Below, piece after piece: positions 40,169-49,745 of a DNA stretch of 64,000 bases. Source of the DNA: an uncultured Acidimicrobiia bacterium. GTDB taxonomy: Bacteria; Acidobacteriota; Terriglobia; Versatilivoradales; Versatilivoraceae. The position numbers were made by a program, and so were the translations under genes. The stretch lies in NCBI GenBank assembly GCA_963786955.1, contig CAWBAT010000008.1, forward strand, positions 64,001 through 128,000, in the 5' to 3' direction. The notes under the pieces are model-generated. The model did not search any database. It was not told the origin of the DNA and saw nothing but the letters and a program-made list of their open reading frames with translations. Positions within the stretch are counted from its first letter, which is position 1; every line of letters begins with the position of its first letter.

Positions 40169-40996
40169 CTATTGACTGCGTTGGTTGGAACGATTTTTCT
40201 TTCCCTTTGGCGGTGGTGGAGAGCTGTGGGAGGAATCATCTCTAGCTGGGAGATCTGCAATCGAGGGGTTTGCCTGCACGTCTGAGTAAGAGGATGAAAT
40301 GGAAAGTGTCGAGTGACCCGCAATGAATAGATCGCTCGTCGAATCAATCTTCTTGGTCAGCCAATACTTGCCGACACGTTCATATTGACGGTCGATTTCT
40401 GTTTTCAATGTCCAAAAGTTTACGCGTTTAGAAGGTGAACCCTGGATGCGCGCAACGGCAAAATCCTCAGCGTCGATCCAAACTGATCCATTCAGCAGAT
40501 TTCTGCTTTTTCGCTTGGGGCTTATGGTCAGACGATAGCAATTCCGGCCCTCATACTGATCAAAGCCAACAAATCCAAAGTTGTAGTTCACAGGCAGGAT
40601 TCCGTTCTCAATCTGATCCTTTTTATGGCTGCTCTCTTTCTCAGCTTCGAGAATCTTGTCGAAAACGCGCTCGCGGATGATCGTTGGACCTTCCTGTTTG
40701 AGCACCCGTGACTCCAACGACTCCGGTTGCCGGAAAACCGTCATGACATCCATAGTGGATGCGACACCAAAGCGAAGATTTGCGGCCTGAAAGCGGCGTA
40801 GGGCCTTGTACCCGAGCATGGACTGTTCCTGCCATTGGCCATGAGCAACCATCCTGGCCACAATTTGTTCCGCAGGAAGAATCTCAGCCGGCTGTTTTAT
40901 GTTTGTGTCTGATTCACCAGCTCGAATCGAAGTTCCACAAGCCAAGAAAGTCGTCAGGAGAAATAAGGAGTGAGAAGCTTTGAGGACTGAGTTCAT
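40169..40996 (-). CDS. Secreted LolA/MucB-like (outer-membrane lipoprotein-sorting fold) protein
   Basis: Signal peptide; EGRNCYRLTISPK...LNGSVWIDAEDFAVARIQG pattern. Confidence 0.6.
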   Translation of the reverse strand: MNSVLKASHSLFLLTTFLACGTSIRAGESDTNIKQPAEILPAEQIVARMVAHGQWQEQSMLGYKALRRFQAANLRFGVASTMDVMTVFRQPESLESRVLKQEGPTIIRERVFDKILEAEKESSHKKDQIENGILPVNYNFGFVGFDQYEGRNCYRLTISPKRKSRNLLNGSVWIDAEDFAVARIQGSPSKRVNFWTLKTEIDRQYERVGKYWLTKKIDSTSDLFIAGHSTLSISSSYSDVQANPSIADLPARDDSSHSSPPPPKGKKNRSNQRSQ

Positions 40997-41060
40997 CGGC
41001 AGAGCAAATTATTGATGATTCATGACGAGATAGTTGACTTCCTTGACTTCGCAGGATCGT

Positions 41061-42230
41061 TCACCAGTCGGCAACGGATCCATCTTTGTGAAACATTGCC
41101 ATGGTGATTTCCGGTTGAATGGGGTGTTTAGCGGCCTCTTTCTCGTTGACCTCAATCCCCAAGCCGGGAACTGTGGGTGGGTACGCAACCCCGCGCTCGA
41201 TGTGGACGGGATGATCGACAATATCATTCCTCCAGGGGACATCATTTCGGACTGCTTCCTGAATTAGATAATTGGGTGTGGCGAAGCCTAGATGCACGGA
41301 AGCTGCGGTGAGGATTGGTCCAGCCGGGTTGTGGCAGGCCACTGAAATTTGATAGGTCTCTGCCAACGCTGCAATTCGACGGGCCTCACTGATCCCGCCA
41401 CAATGTCCTACGTCGGGCTGGATAATGGCGCAGGCTCGTTTTTCGCAGACTTCTCGAAATCCCCACCGGCCGATCAATCTCTCTCCTGTTGCAATAGGGA
41501 AGGGAAGTGCTCGAGCTACCTCCACAAGCCCGTCGACATGCTCATGCCAGCAAGGTTCCTCGTACCAGTAAAGGTCGTAATCCACAAGCAGTCGTCCAAA
41601 CTGGATCGCCACGGCGGGGGTGGACCGGGCGTGCAGATCGATCATGATATCGACGTCATCTCCGACAGCTCGTCGCATCGCCTCCACGCAGCGGGCGGCT
41701 TTCTTAAGCGCCGGGGGGCTCTCGATCATTTCAAAAACCGGGATGGGCATCGACTTCACGGCGGTGAAGCCGTTGTCGAGGCTCTCCTGGATGAGGTCCG
41801 CAAATTGCTCGGGTTCAGTGGTCTGGTAAATCCCTTCGAATTTTCCACCGGCGAGATGATCATAAAAGCGCAGGGTATCGCGAACCGGCCCACCTAACAG
41901 CTCACAAACCGGTTTTCCTGCTTCTTTCCCCTTAATATCCCACAAAGCCTGATCGATACCACTCATCGCCGTGGAATTAACGATTCCGCCTCGCCAGAAA
42001 TATTGTCGGTGCATGACCTGCCAGAGATGTTCAATCCGCAGAGGATCCTGTCCAATCAGCAGCACGGCCAGATCTTCCAGAGCCCCCAGAACACCCTTGG
42101 TCTTCCACTCCAATGTGGCTTCACCCCAACCATAAAGTCCGGGCTGATTGGTCTCTACTTTCACGAATACCCAATTCCGCATTCGTGCATTGACACCCAC
42201 TGTTTTAATAGCGGTAATCTTTAATGTCAT
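41061..42230 (-). CDS. dgoD: Galactonate dehydratase-like enolase superfamily enzyme
   Basis: GWGEATLE, SGIDQALWDIKGK, MIDLHAR, YEEP, ATGERL, IQPDVGHCGGI and HNP motifs. Confidence 0.8.
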   Translation of the reverse strand: MTLKITAIKTVGVNARMRNWVFVKVETNQPGLYGWGEATLEWKTKGVLGALEDLAVLLIGQDPLRIEHLWQVMHRQYFWRGGIVNSTAMSGIDQALWDIKGKEAGKPVCELLGGPVRDTLRFYDHLAGGKFEGIYQTTEPEQFADLIQESLDNGFTAVKSMPIPVFEMIESPPALKKAARCVEAMRRAVGDDVDIMIDLHARSTPAVAIQFGRLLVDYDLYWYEEPCWHEHVDGLVEVARALPFPIATGERLIGRWGFREVCEKRACAIIQPDVGHCGGISEARRIAALAETYQISVACHNPAGPILTAASVHLGFATPNYLIQEAVRNDVPWRNDIVDHPVHIERGVAYPPTVPGLGIEVNEKEAAKHPIQPEITMAMFHKDGSVADW

Positions 42231-42355
42231 CTTGAAGTCCCGTCAGGAATGATCCATTTAGAGAACCTGTTTCCCCCATTTACCCCTAGCCCCATCCGGG
42301 CGGCATATCAATTTCCGTAAAAGGTGGATTCTTTGCCGTAATAGACTCTTTTTTG

Positions 42356-43870
42356 TCATGAGGTCTTGGGGCGAGGAGGCCGCCGGCGGGGAGGTGGGCG
42401 CCGGGGAGTGCTGGGACCAGCCTTTGGCGTGATCTTTTCAGAATCACGATCTGGAGAAGAAGATTGAGATGAAGACGGCCGTGGAGCCACGCTTTTCTCG
42501 TTTGAGGAAATTGGTGGCATATCCGGTTCTTTAGGCTTTAAGGATTCGGTGTCCCCGATATTCGTTGGAGCTGCGTCACTCTTCGGCCCTCCAGCCTTCA
42601 ATGGCGATGGCCTGATTGATCTGTTGACGGGGCTATTTCTGCGGTAACGAGGGCGCGGGGCTCGTCGAGCCGGCACTTTAGGCCCAGTGACCACTTCTGC
42701 GGGTGCAGTACCCTCAGATTCCGTGAGGGGCAGGGTCGCAGGATCTCTTAATTCAACAGGAATTGGGGCTGGCTGCTCACGGCTGGCTGCTTCCATTTCG
42801 GGAGCTGTTTCGCTCGGATTCTCCGAGACAACAGATGCTCCAGGTAGAACAGCCGCCTCATCATTAGCGACGACGCCCTGGTCGTCTGTCGGAACGCCTG
42901 AGAGCGGTGATGCGGAGAGTGGAACAGACCGAAGAGCTCCGGCTGGCCGAAATGGAGTCCGACGTCCCCGCTCCCAGCGAGAGTGTCGTAAACGATCTCG
43001 ATGCTCCTGCTGGGGGGTTGCCTGGGCTGAAGCAGCGATTGCAGCCGTTTCAGAGGCTTGGGCGTTTTCTGCTGCCGCAGAAGTCATGGCGGCTTCCCGA
43101 TTAGCTACCTCGATTGGAAGCGTCACAATATAGCCTCCGCTTCTCTGGTCTTTCAGAAGTTTTAATAATTGGTTTTCGGCAGCGTCTTCCAATAAACGGG
43201 AAAATGTTGGGTATCCAAAGTAAGTTTCATTGAAAGACGGAAGCTTCCGGATCAAAGTCTGCTTGATCATGGATCCGTAGATGACTTCTTTCCCCTCACG
43301 CTGCAAGGCTTGGAAACTTTCCAGAACGAGTCGAATCGCTTCCGTCTTCTTAGGTGAAAGTTGGTGCAGTTGGGGATCCACCACCGGAATTGCCGCCGTC
43401 GGTCGAACCAGATCTTCATAAAAAATAAATTCATCACAATTATTGATCAAAAGATCCGATGAAGATTGCTTGACCCCGATACCGATGACATAGCGTCCGT
43501 TTTCTCGCAACTTGGAAACGAGCGGGGAAAAGTCGCTGTCGCCGGAAACGATCACGAACGTATCGATGTGCTCTTTCTGGTAGGCCATATCCATGGCGTC
43601 GACAACCATCCGGATATCGGCACTATTCTTGCCGCTATAGCGTGTTTGTGGAACATCGATCAATTCAATGGCCGCTTGATGAAAGGCTCTTTTGAAATCT
43701 GAATAGCGATGCCAGTCAGAATAGGCTCGTTTGACCAGGAGCTTTCCTTTTTCGACAAGTCGTTTCAGGACCAGATCAATGTCAAAATTTCCGTACTTGC
43801 TTTCCCGCACGCCCATAGCAACGTTTTCAAAGTCTATAAATACGGCGATGCTTTTTTCGTCATTTTGCAT
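42356..43870 (-). CDS. NYN-domain (LabA/DUF88) RNase with OST-HTH/LOTUS domain and long disordered tail
   Basis: IAVFIDFEN, KNSADIRMVVDA, IVSGDSDF, FNETYFGYPTFSRLLE; GAGGAG RBS before ATG 43870. Confidence 0.9.
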   Translation of the reverse strand: MQNDEKSIAVFIDFENVAMGVRESKYGNFDIDLVLKRLVEKGKLLVKRAYSDWHRYSDFKRAFHQAAIELIDVPQTRYSGKNSADIRMVVDAMDMAYQKEHIDTFVIVSGDSDFSPLVSKLRENGRYVIGIGVKQSSSDLLINNCDEFIFYEDLVRPTAAIPVVDPQLHQLSPKKTEAIRLVLESFQALQREGKEVIYGSMIKQTLIRKLPSFNETYFGYPTFSRLLEDAAENQLLKLLKDQRSGGYIVTLPIEVANREAAMTSAAAENAQASETAAIAASAQATPQQEHRDRLRHSRWERGRRTPFRPAGALRSVPLSASPLSGVPTDDQGVVANDEAAVLPGASVVSENPSETAPEMEAASREQPAPIPVELRDPATLPLTESEGTAPAEVVTGPKVPARRAPRPRYRRNSPVNRSIRPSPLKAGGPKSDAAPTNIGDTESLKPKEPDMPPISSNEKSVAPRPSSSQSSSPDRDSEKITPKAGPSTPRRPPPRRRPPRPKTS

Positions 43871-44338
43871 ACAGACTCCTCGTATCCCCCTACTTAATCT
43901 TAGTCTAACTTCCTCGTGTGACGAATAAAATACCGTCATCTGCAGAATTAAACTCTATGAAACCAATTGTGCATTGTGTCATAGAGCTCCATCTATACAA
44001 AATGACTTTTCGAGGGTTGAGCAGGGAACGCATGGGAATAGCGGGGGAAGGAATTGGTGAATGGATCGCACAGTTGGAGTAAAGACGGCTTCTAAGACAA
44101 TGAAGCATTCAGTAAATTCCCTGGCTTCCCCACGACCCATGGAGAAGATGGGCCGGAGGCTTTTTTGGGCAAATCTGGTGCTGTATGTTAGCATTTACTT
44201 GCGTCGCTATTTAGATACACCGAAAGCGAGGGAATGACTTTCATTCTACATATATTGAGACTGCAATCTGAAATGCCATATCGAACAATCCCTATCAAGG
44301 GGTCTTTACCTGGGATCTCGCAACAACTGGGGGGGAAC

Positions 44339-45562
44339 TTGGTAAACAGTAGCGTGCCTCTATTAAGATTTACCATCCTGCTGATGGCTATTGGGGTACT
44401 CACTGCTTGTTCCGGCAATAAGACCAATGCAATATCGGAAGCGAATCCAGTTCCGGTCAGAATGGCCAGTGTGGTTCAGAAGGATGTGCCCGTCGAGGTC
44501 AGTGCCATCGGCAATGTGGAGGCCTATTCGACCGTTTCAGTGAAGTCCTTGGTCAGCGGCGAACTCATGAACGTGTTTTTCAAGGAAGGTCAGGAGTTAA
44601 AGAAAGGAGAAGTTATTTTCAAGATCGATTCCCGCCCTTTTGAAGCAGCGCTGAGACGCGCTGAGGGGAATCTGGCCAGAGATCAGGCTCAGGCAAAACA
44701 AGCTGAAGCCAACCTGGCCAAGGACACGGCTCAAGCTAAGAATGCTGAAACGCAGTCGAGTCGTTATGAGAATCTGTTCAAAGAGGGAGTGGTCGCCAAA
44801 GAAGTGTATGATCAATTTCGCACGAGCGCCGAATCCAATGATGCCATGCTTCAGGCGGATCGGGCCGCTATCGAGTATGCGGCAGCCACCATTCGTTCGG
44901 ACCGGGCGGCTATTGAGAATGCCAAACTGGATCTCGAAAACTGCACCATTCGCTCCCCTCTCGATGGACGAACAGGCAATTTGATCGTACATCAAGGAAA
45001 TATTATTAAGGCCAACGAGGTTCCACCTCTGGTCGTCATCAATCAGATTCAACCCATCTACGTCACGTTTTCGGTTCCCGAACAACATCTCACCGAGATT
45101 AAAAGGCGAAAGGCTGAAGGTAGTCTTACCGTGGCGGTGGCCGTTCCCAAATCGGAAGGGCATACCGTCGATGGAGTGCTGACTTTTATCGATAACACGG
45201 TAGACATGACAACGGGAACGATCCAGCTCAAAGGGACCTTTGCGAATCAGGAGAAACTCCTCTGGCCGGGGCAATTTGTCAATGTGATCTTAACGCTCAC
45301 TATCCGGCCAAACGCCCTTCTCGTCCCGACACAGGCGGTTCAGTCGGGACAGGGAGGGCAATATGTCTATGTCGTGAAACCGGATCTCAAAGTGGAATAT
45401 CGGCCCGTCAATGTTGGCTCGACAGTTCGAAACGAGATCATCGTTGAACAAGGTCTCACGGCTGGCGAAAATGTGGTGACAGACGGCCAGCTCCGCCTGA
45501 CTTCAGGGGCTCGAGTCGAGGTGAAGAAAGAGGTCGAGGCCAGCCAGGAGAAAAGTCGATGA
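44339..45562 (+). CDS. RND efflux periplasmic adaptor (MdtA-like lipoprotein)
   Basis: LTAC lipobox, IDSRPF, IRSPLDGRTG, VDMTTGTI and LWPGQFV motifs; start codon uncertain. Confidence 0.9.
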   Translation: MVNSSVPLLRFTILLMAIGVLTACSGNKTNAISEANPVPVRMASVVQKDVPVEVSAIGNVEAYSTVSVKSLVSGELMNVFFKEGQELKKGEVIFKIDSRPFEAALRRAEGNLARDQAQAKQAEANLAKDTAQAKNAETQSSRYENLFKEGVVAKEVYDQFRTSAESNDAMLQADRAAIEYAAATIRSDRAAIENAKLDLENCTIRSPLDGRTGNLIVHQGNIIKANEVPPLVVINQIQPIYVTFSVPEQHLTEIKRRKAEGSLTVAVAVPKSEGHTVDGVLTFIDNTVDMTTGTIQLKGTFANQEKLLWPGQFVNVILTLTIRPNALLVPTQAVQSGQGGQYVYVVKPDLKVEYRPVNVGSTVRNEIIVEQGLTAGENVVTDGQLRLTSGARVEVKKEVEASQEKSR

Positions 45563-48500
45563 GCATAGCGGAGATTTTTATCCGCAGGCCGGTGATGACG
45601 ACCCTGGTGATGCTGGCCATACTGCTCTTCGGCGTGATGGGTTACCGTCTGCTCCCAGTCAGTGACTTACCGAATGTCGATTTTCCCACCCTGCAGGTGA
45701 CTGCCAGCCTTCCCGGCGCCAGTCCGGAAACCATGGCGTCGTCGGTAGCGACTCCGCTCGAACGCCAGTTCTCGACCATAGCGGGCATAGACTCGATGAC
45801 CTCAACCAGTGCCCGGGGACTCACGAACATTACGATTCAATTTACCTTGAGCCGGAGCATCGATGCGGCTGCCCAGGACGTGCAGGCTGCCATCACTGCC
45901 GCTCAGCGGCAACTCCCTCCAGGGATGCCCAGCCCGCCCACCTATCAAAAAGTCAATCCGGCCGACCAACCTGTGATCTATTTGTCGTTGAATTCACAGA
46001 CGCTCCCCTCTCAACCGTTGACGAGTATGCGGAAACCATGATGGCTCAGCGCATATCGACCGTAAGCGGCGTGGCGCAGGTGGCCGTGTTAGGCGCGCAG
46101 AAGTTTGCGGTTCGCGCTCAAATGGATCCCCAACTCTTAGCCTCGCGGGGCATTGGGATTGACGAGGTGGAAAAGGCACTCCAACAAGGCAACGTGAATC
46201 TTCCGACCGGAACTCTCTATGGAAACCATCAAGCCTTCACGGTCGAAGCCAATGGACAACTGCTGGACGCGGATGCCTACCGCCCACTCATTGTGGCTTA
46301 TCGGAATGGCTCCCCGGTTCGCTTGGGGGAACTCGGGCGAGTGATTAACAGCGTTCAGAACGACAAAGTGGCGAGCTGGTTCAACCAAGCCCGCTCGATC
46401 ATCATGGCGGTCCAGCGCCAGCCGGGGACAAATACAGTCGAAGTGGTGGATTCTATCCGGAAGCTTTTGCCCGTATTCCGTCAGCAGATCCCGGCTAGCG
46501 TCAACCTGGATGTGCTTTATGATCGCTCTGAAACTATTCGGGCTTCTGTTAAGGATGTCAAATTTACCTTATTCCTGACTGTTTGCCTGGTGGTGATGGT
46601 GATTTTTCTTTTCTTGCGAAATCTCTCTGCCACAATCATCCCCAGTCTCGCGCTCCCGATGTCTATTGTCGGCACCTTTGCGGCCATGTATTTGCTGGGT
46701 TACAGCCTGGACAATCTTTCCTTGATGGCATTGACTCTCTCCGTAGGATTTGTGGTGGACGACGCCATTGTTATGCTGGAGAACATTGTTCGGCACATGG
46801 AATTGGGGGAAGGCGCGTACGAAGCTGCCTTGAAAGGGTCGAGAGAAATTGGGTTTACCATCTTATCCATGACCGTATCCTTGGCTGCCGTATTCATTCC
46901 CGTGTTGTTTATGGGCGGGCTGATTGGACGGTTGTTTCGGGAATTCGCGGTGACGATCGGGATTGCGATTCTCATCTCTGGTTTTGTCTCGCTCAGCCTC
47001 ACCCCGCTTCTTTGTAGTCGCTTTCTCCGACCACCCCGTGAGGAGCGGCATGGCCGCTTCTTTGCCGTGACCGAGCGGTTCTTTCAAGGGATGCTGGGAG
47101 TTTACGAATGGACCTTGCGACGGGTCGTCCACTATCGGCGGACGATGATGTTCGTTTCCTTCGTCCTTTTGGTGGCCACGGCTTATCTTTTTTTAGTTAT
47201 CCCCAAGGGATTTATCCCCAGTGAAGATACCGGACAGATGTTCGGTTTTACGGAAGCGGGCCAGGATATTTCTTTTGAAGAGATGAAGCGACACCAGCAG
47301 GCCGTTGCCGACGTTATTCGGGAAGATCCGAATGTCGATTCGTTTTCCTCCAGCATTGGGGCAAGTGGGCCCAATGCAACGGGAAATACCGGCCGAATCT
47401 TTGCCCGACTGAAACCACGCTCCGAAAGAAAACTCAGCCCGGATGAAGTGATTGAGGGGTTACGTCCCAAATTGGAGAAGATTCCAGGCATCCGCGTCTA
47501 CTTGCAGAACCCCCCTCCGATTCGGATTGGAGGACAGCTCACCAAGAGTCTCTACCAGTTTACCCTCCAGGGGTCGGATACCACTGAACTGTACCGCTAT
47601 GCGCCTCTCATCGAGTCAAAGTTTCGCGCGCTGCCAGGCCTCCAGGATGTCACCAGTGATCTTCAGATCGCCAGCCCACAGGTGTTTGTAGAAATTGACC
47701 GGGACAAGGCTTCAGCGCTTGGGGTGAACGCCACCCAAATCGAAAATGCTCTTTACGATGCTTATGGTTCCCGGCAGGTCTCAACGATTTACACGGCCAC
47801 GAATGAGTACTGGGTCATCCTGGAGTTGGAGCCTCAATATCAGAGGGATCCCTTCGCCCTTTCGCTGCTCTACATTCGCTCAGCCACAGGGCAGCTCGTC
47901 CCATTGAGCGCTGTGGCCAAGCTGACACGCAGCGTAGGGCCCCTGACCGTGACTCATCTGGGCCAGCTGCCTTCGGTTACCATTTCTTTTAACCTCAAGC
48001 CCGGTGTCGCTTTGGGAGATGCGGTGAATCAGATTGAAGAGTTTGTGAAAATGGATCTGCCCGCCTCCATCAGTACGAGCTTTCAAGGATTCGCTCAAGC
48101 TTTTCAGTCTTCGATGCAGGGTCTCGGGCTCTTGTTGCTCATGGCCATCCTGGTCATTTACATGGTGCTCGGCATCCTTTACGAGAGCTTTATCCATCCG
48201 ATCACCATTCTCTCAGGCCTCCCTTCGGCTGGATTCGGAGCTCTTGTGACGTTGATGATCTTTCACACCGACCTGAACATCTATGCCTTTGTGGGGATCA
48301 TCATGCTGGTCGGTATCGTCAAGAAAAACGCCATCATGATGATTGACTTTGCCCTGGACGCGCAAAGAACCGAGGGGAAGAGCCCGGCCGATGCCATTTT
48401 TGAAGCTTGCCTGGTGCGGTTTCGTCCGATCATGATGACTACGATGGCTGCGTTGACGGGCACCTTGCCGATTGCTCTCGGATATGGTGCAGGGGCGGAA

Positions 48501-48671
48501 GCGCGCCGTCCCCTGGGCCTGGCTGTCGTCGGAGGTTTGGTGGTTTCTCAACTGCTGACACTCTACATCACGCCGGTCTTTTATTTGTATATGGAATCGT
48601 TCCGAGAAAAGGTTAGCCGTTTCAGAGCACGACACCGGAAAGTAGATCCAGTTCAAGTCGTGGAGGGTTGA
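45559..48671 (+). CDS. RND efflux permease (MdtB/MdtC-like), frameshifted at about 46005
   Basis: FIRRPVMT, GFVVDDAIV, GIVKKNAI and RFRPIMMT motifs; adding one C to the C4 run at 46005-46008 restores LPLSTVDEYAETMMAQRIS. Confidence 0.9.
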
Positions 48672-48675
48672 ACTC

Positions 48676-48814
48676 TTGGAGACGCAGAGCTCTCGACACC
48701 ACGTTGAGGTGGAGCGTGCGCGTGGGACCGCCGTCCCCCCGCGCACGCTTAATGAACGCGCGACGGAGCGCGCGTCCCACCATTGATTGCCGGCCTCGTG
48801 AAACTCGGCCCTCC
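48676..48814. repeat. Composite REP/REPIN-like element (family A), second copy
   Basis: Matches 15640-15778; lies between convergent gene ends. Confidence 0.8.
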
Positions 48815-48841
48815 TGACCCAATGAAGTGCCGCCGATGTCC

Positions 48842-49480
48842 TCATGGCGACAGTCGCTCAATTCGCCATGAACCATCAGGCTGGAGGGTATATCGTAGAC
48901 GGTCATGCAGCCGATTCGGACGGCCTTGCCAGAATTCAATTGTCTCCGGCGAAAGCAATAGCCCACCCCAAAAGGCTGGCATCGGGATGGATTTCCCTTC
49001 GAACTGAAATTCGAGCTCTTTGATGCGGCTCTCCAAGAATTCTGGTGTACCGATCACGTCGCTCTGATGAGACGCCCAGGCTCCCAGTTGGCTGCCTGTG
49101 GGGCGACTGTGAAAATACTCTTCGGACCCCTCTCGGGGAATCCGGCTCACTCTTCCAGTGATGCGCACCTGCCGTTCCAGTTCCGCCCAGAAGAAAACCA
49201 TTGCGGCGTAAGGATTCTCGTCGAGTTCCCGGCCTTTTCTGCTCTCATAGTTCGTGAAAAAGACAAATCCCTTCTCATCGAAATCTTTTAAAAGCATGAT
49301 TCTTGCCGATGGTTTACCCTCACGACTTGATGTGGCCAGCGTCATTGCAGTCGCATCCAAGAGCTCAGCCGAGAGAGCTTGCTCGAACCATCTCCCAAAC
49401 TGCTTGAATGGACTTGGATCCAGGTCTCGCTCATGGAGACCGGTCAGGGTATATTCTCGGCGAAGATCAGAAATAGACAT
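48842..49480 (-). CDS. pdxH: Pyridoxamine 5'-phosphate oxidase
   Basis: LRREY, PSARIMLLK, FFTNYESRKG and EFWQGRPNRLHDR motifs, ending ERLSP. Confidence 0.97.
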   Translation of the reverse strand: MSISDLRREYTLTGLHERDLDPSPFKQFGRWFEQALSAELLDATAMTLATSSREGKPSARIMLLKDFDEKGFVFFTNYESRKGRELDENPYAAMVFFWAELERQVRITGRVSRIPREGSEEYFHSRPTGSQLGAWASHQSDVIGTPEFLESRIKELEFQFEGKSIPMPAFWGGLLLSPETIEFWQGRPNRLHDRLRYTLQPDGSWRIERLSP

Positions 49481-49518
49481 TGTTTTTCCACTCCAGACAG
49501 AGAGATTTGATCCTCATT

Positions 49519-49687
49519 GTAGGGGCAAAGCATTTTTCGGTAGCGAATAATTCTCTTTCGCTCTACTTTGGCAAATGCTTTGCCCTGTGGCATAAAAGAA
49601 AGAGCTGCCTAATCGCTTGTAGGGAACGCTCGCTGCAGCATTCCGTTTTCATTTAACAAGGAACGGAACGGCGTCCGTTCCCTACAA
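49519..49687. repeat. GTAG-family REP doublets (REPIN-like)
   Basis: GTAGGGGCAAAGCATT...AATGCTTTGCCC and TTGTAGGGAACGC...CGTTCCCTACAA inverted pairs. Confidence 0.75.
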
Positions 49688-49745
49688 TGTTCCTTGTCGC
49701 TTCAACCCTATGCCTGACCAATAGGCAATCGGCAATTAACCAAAC

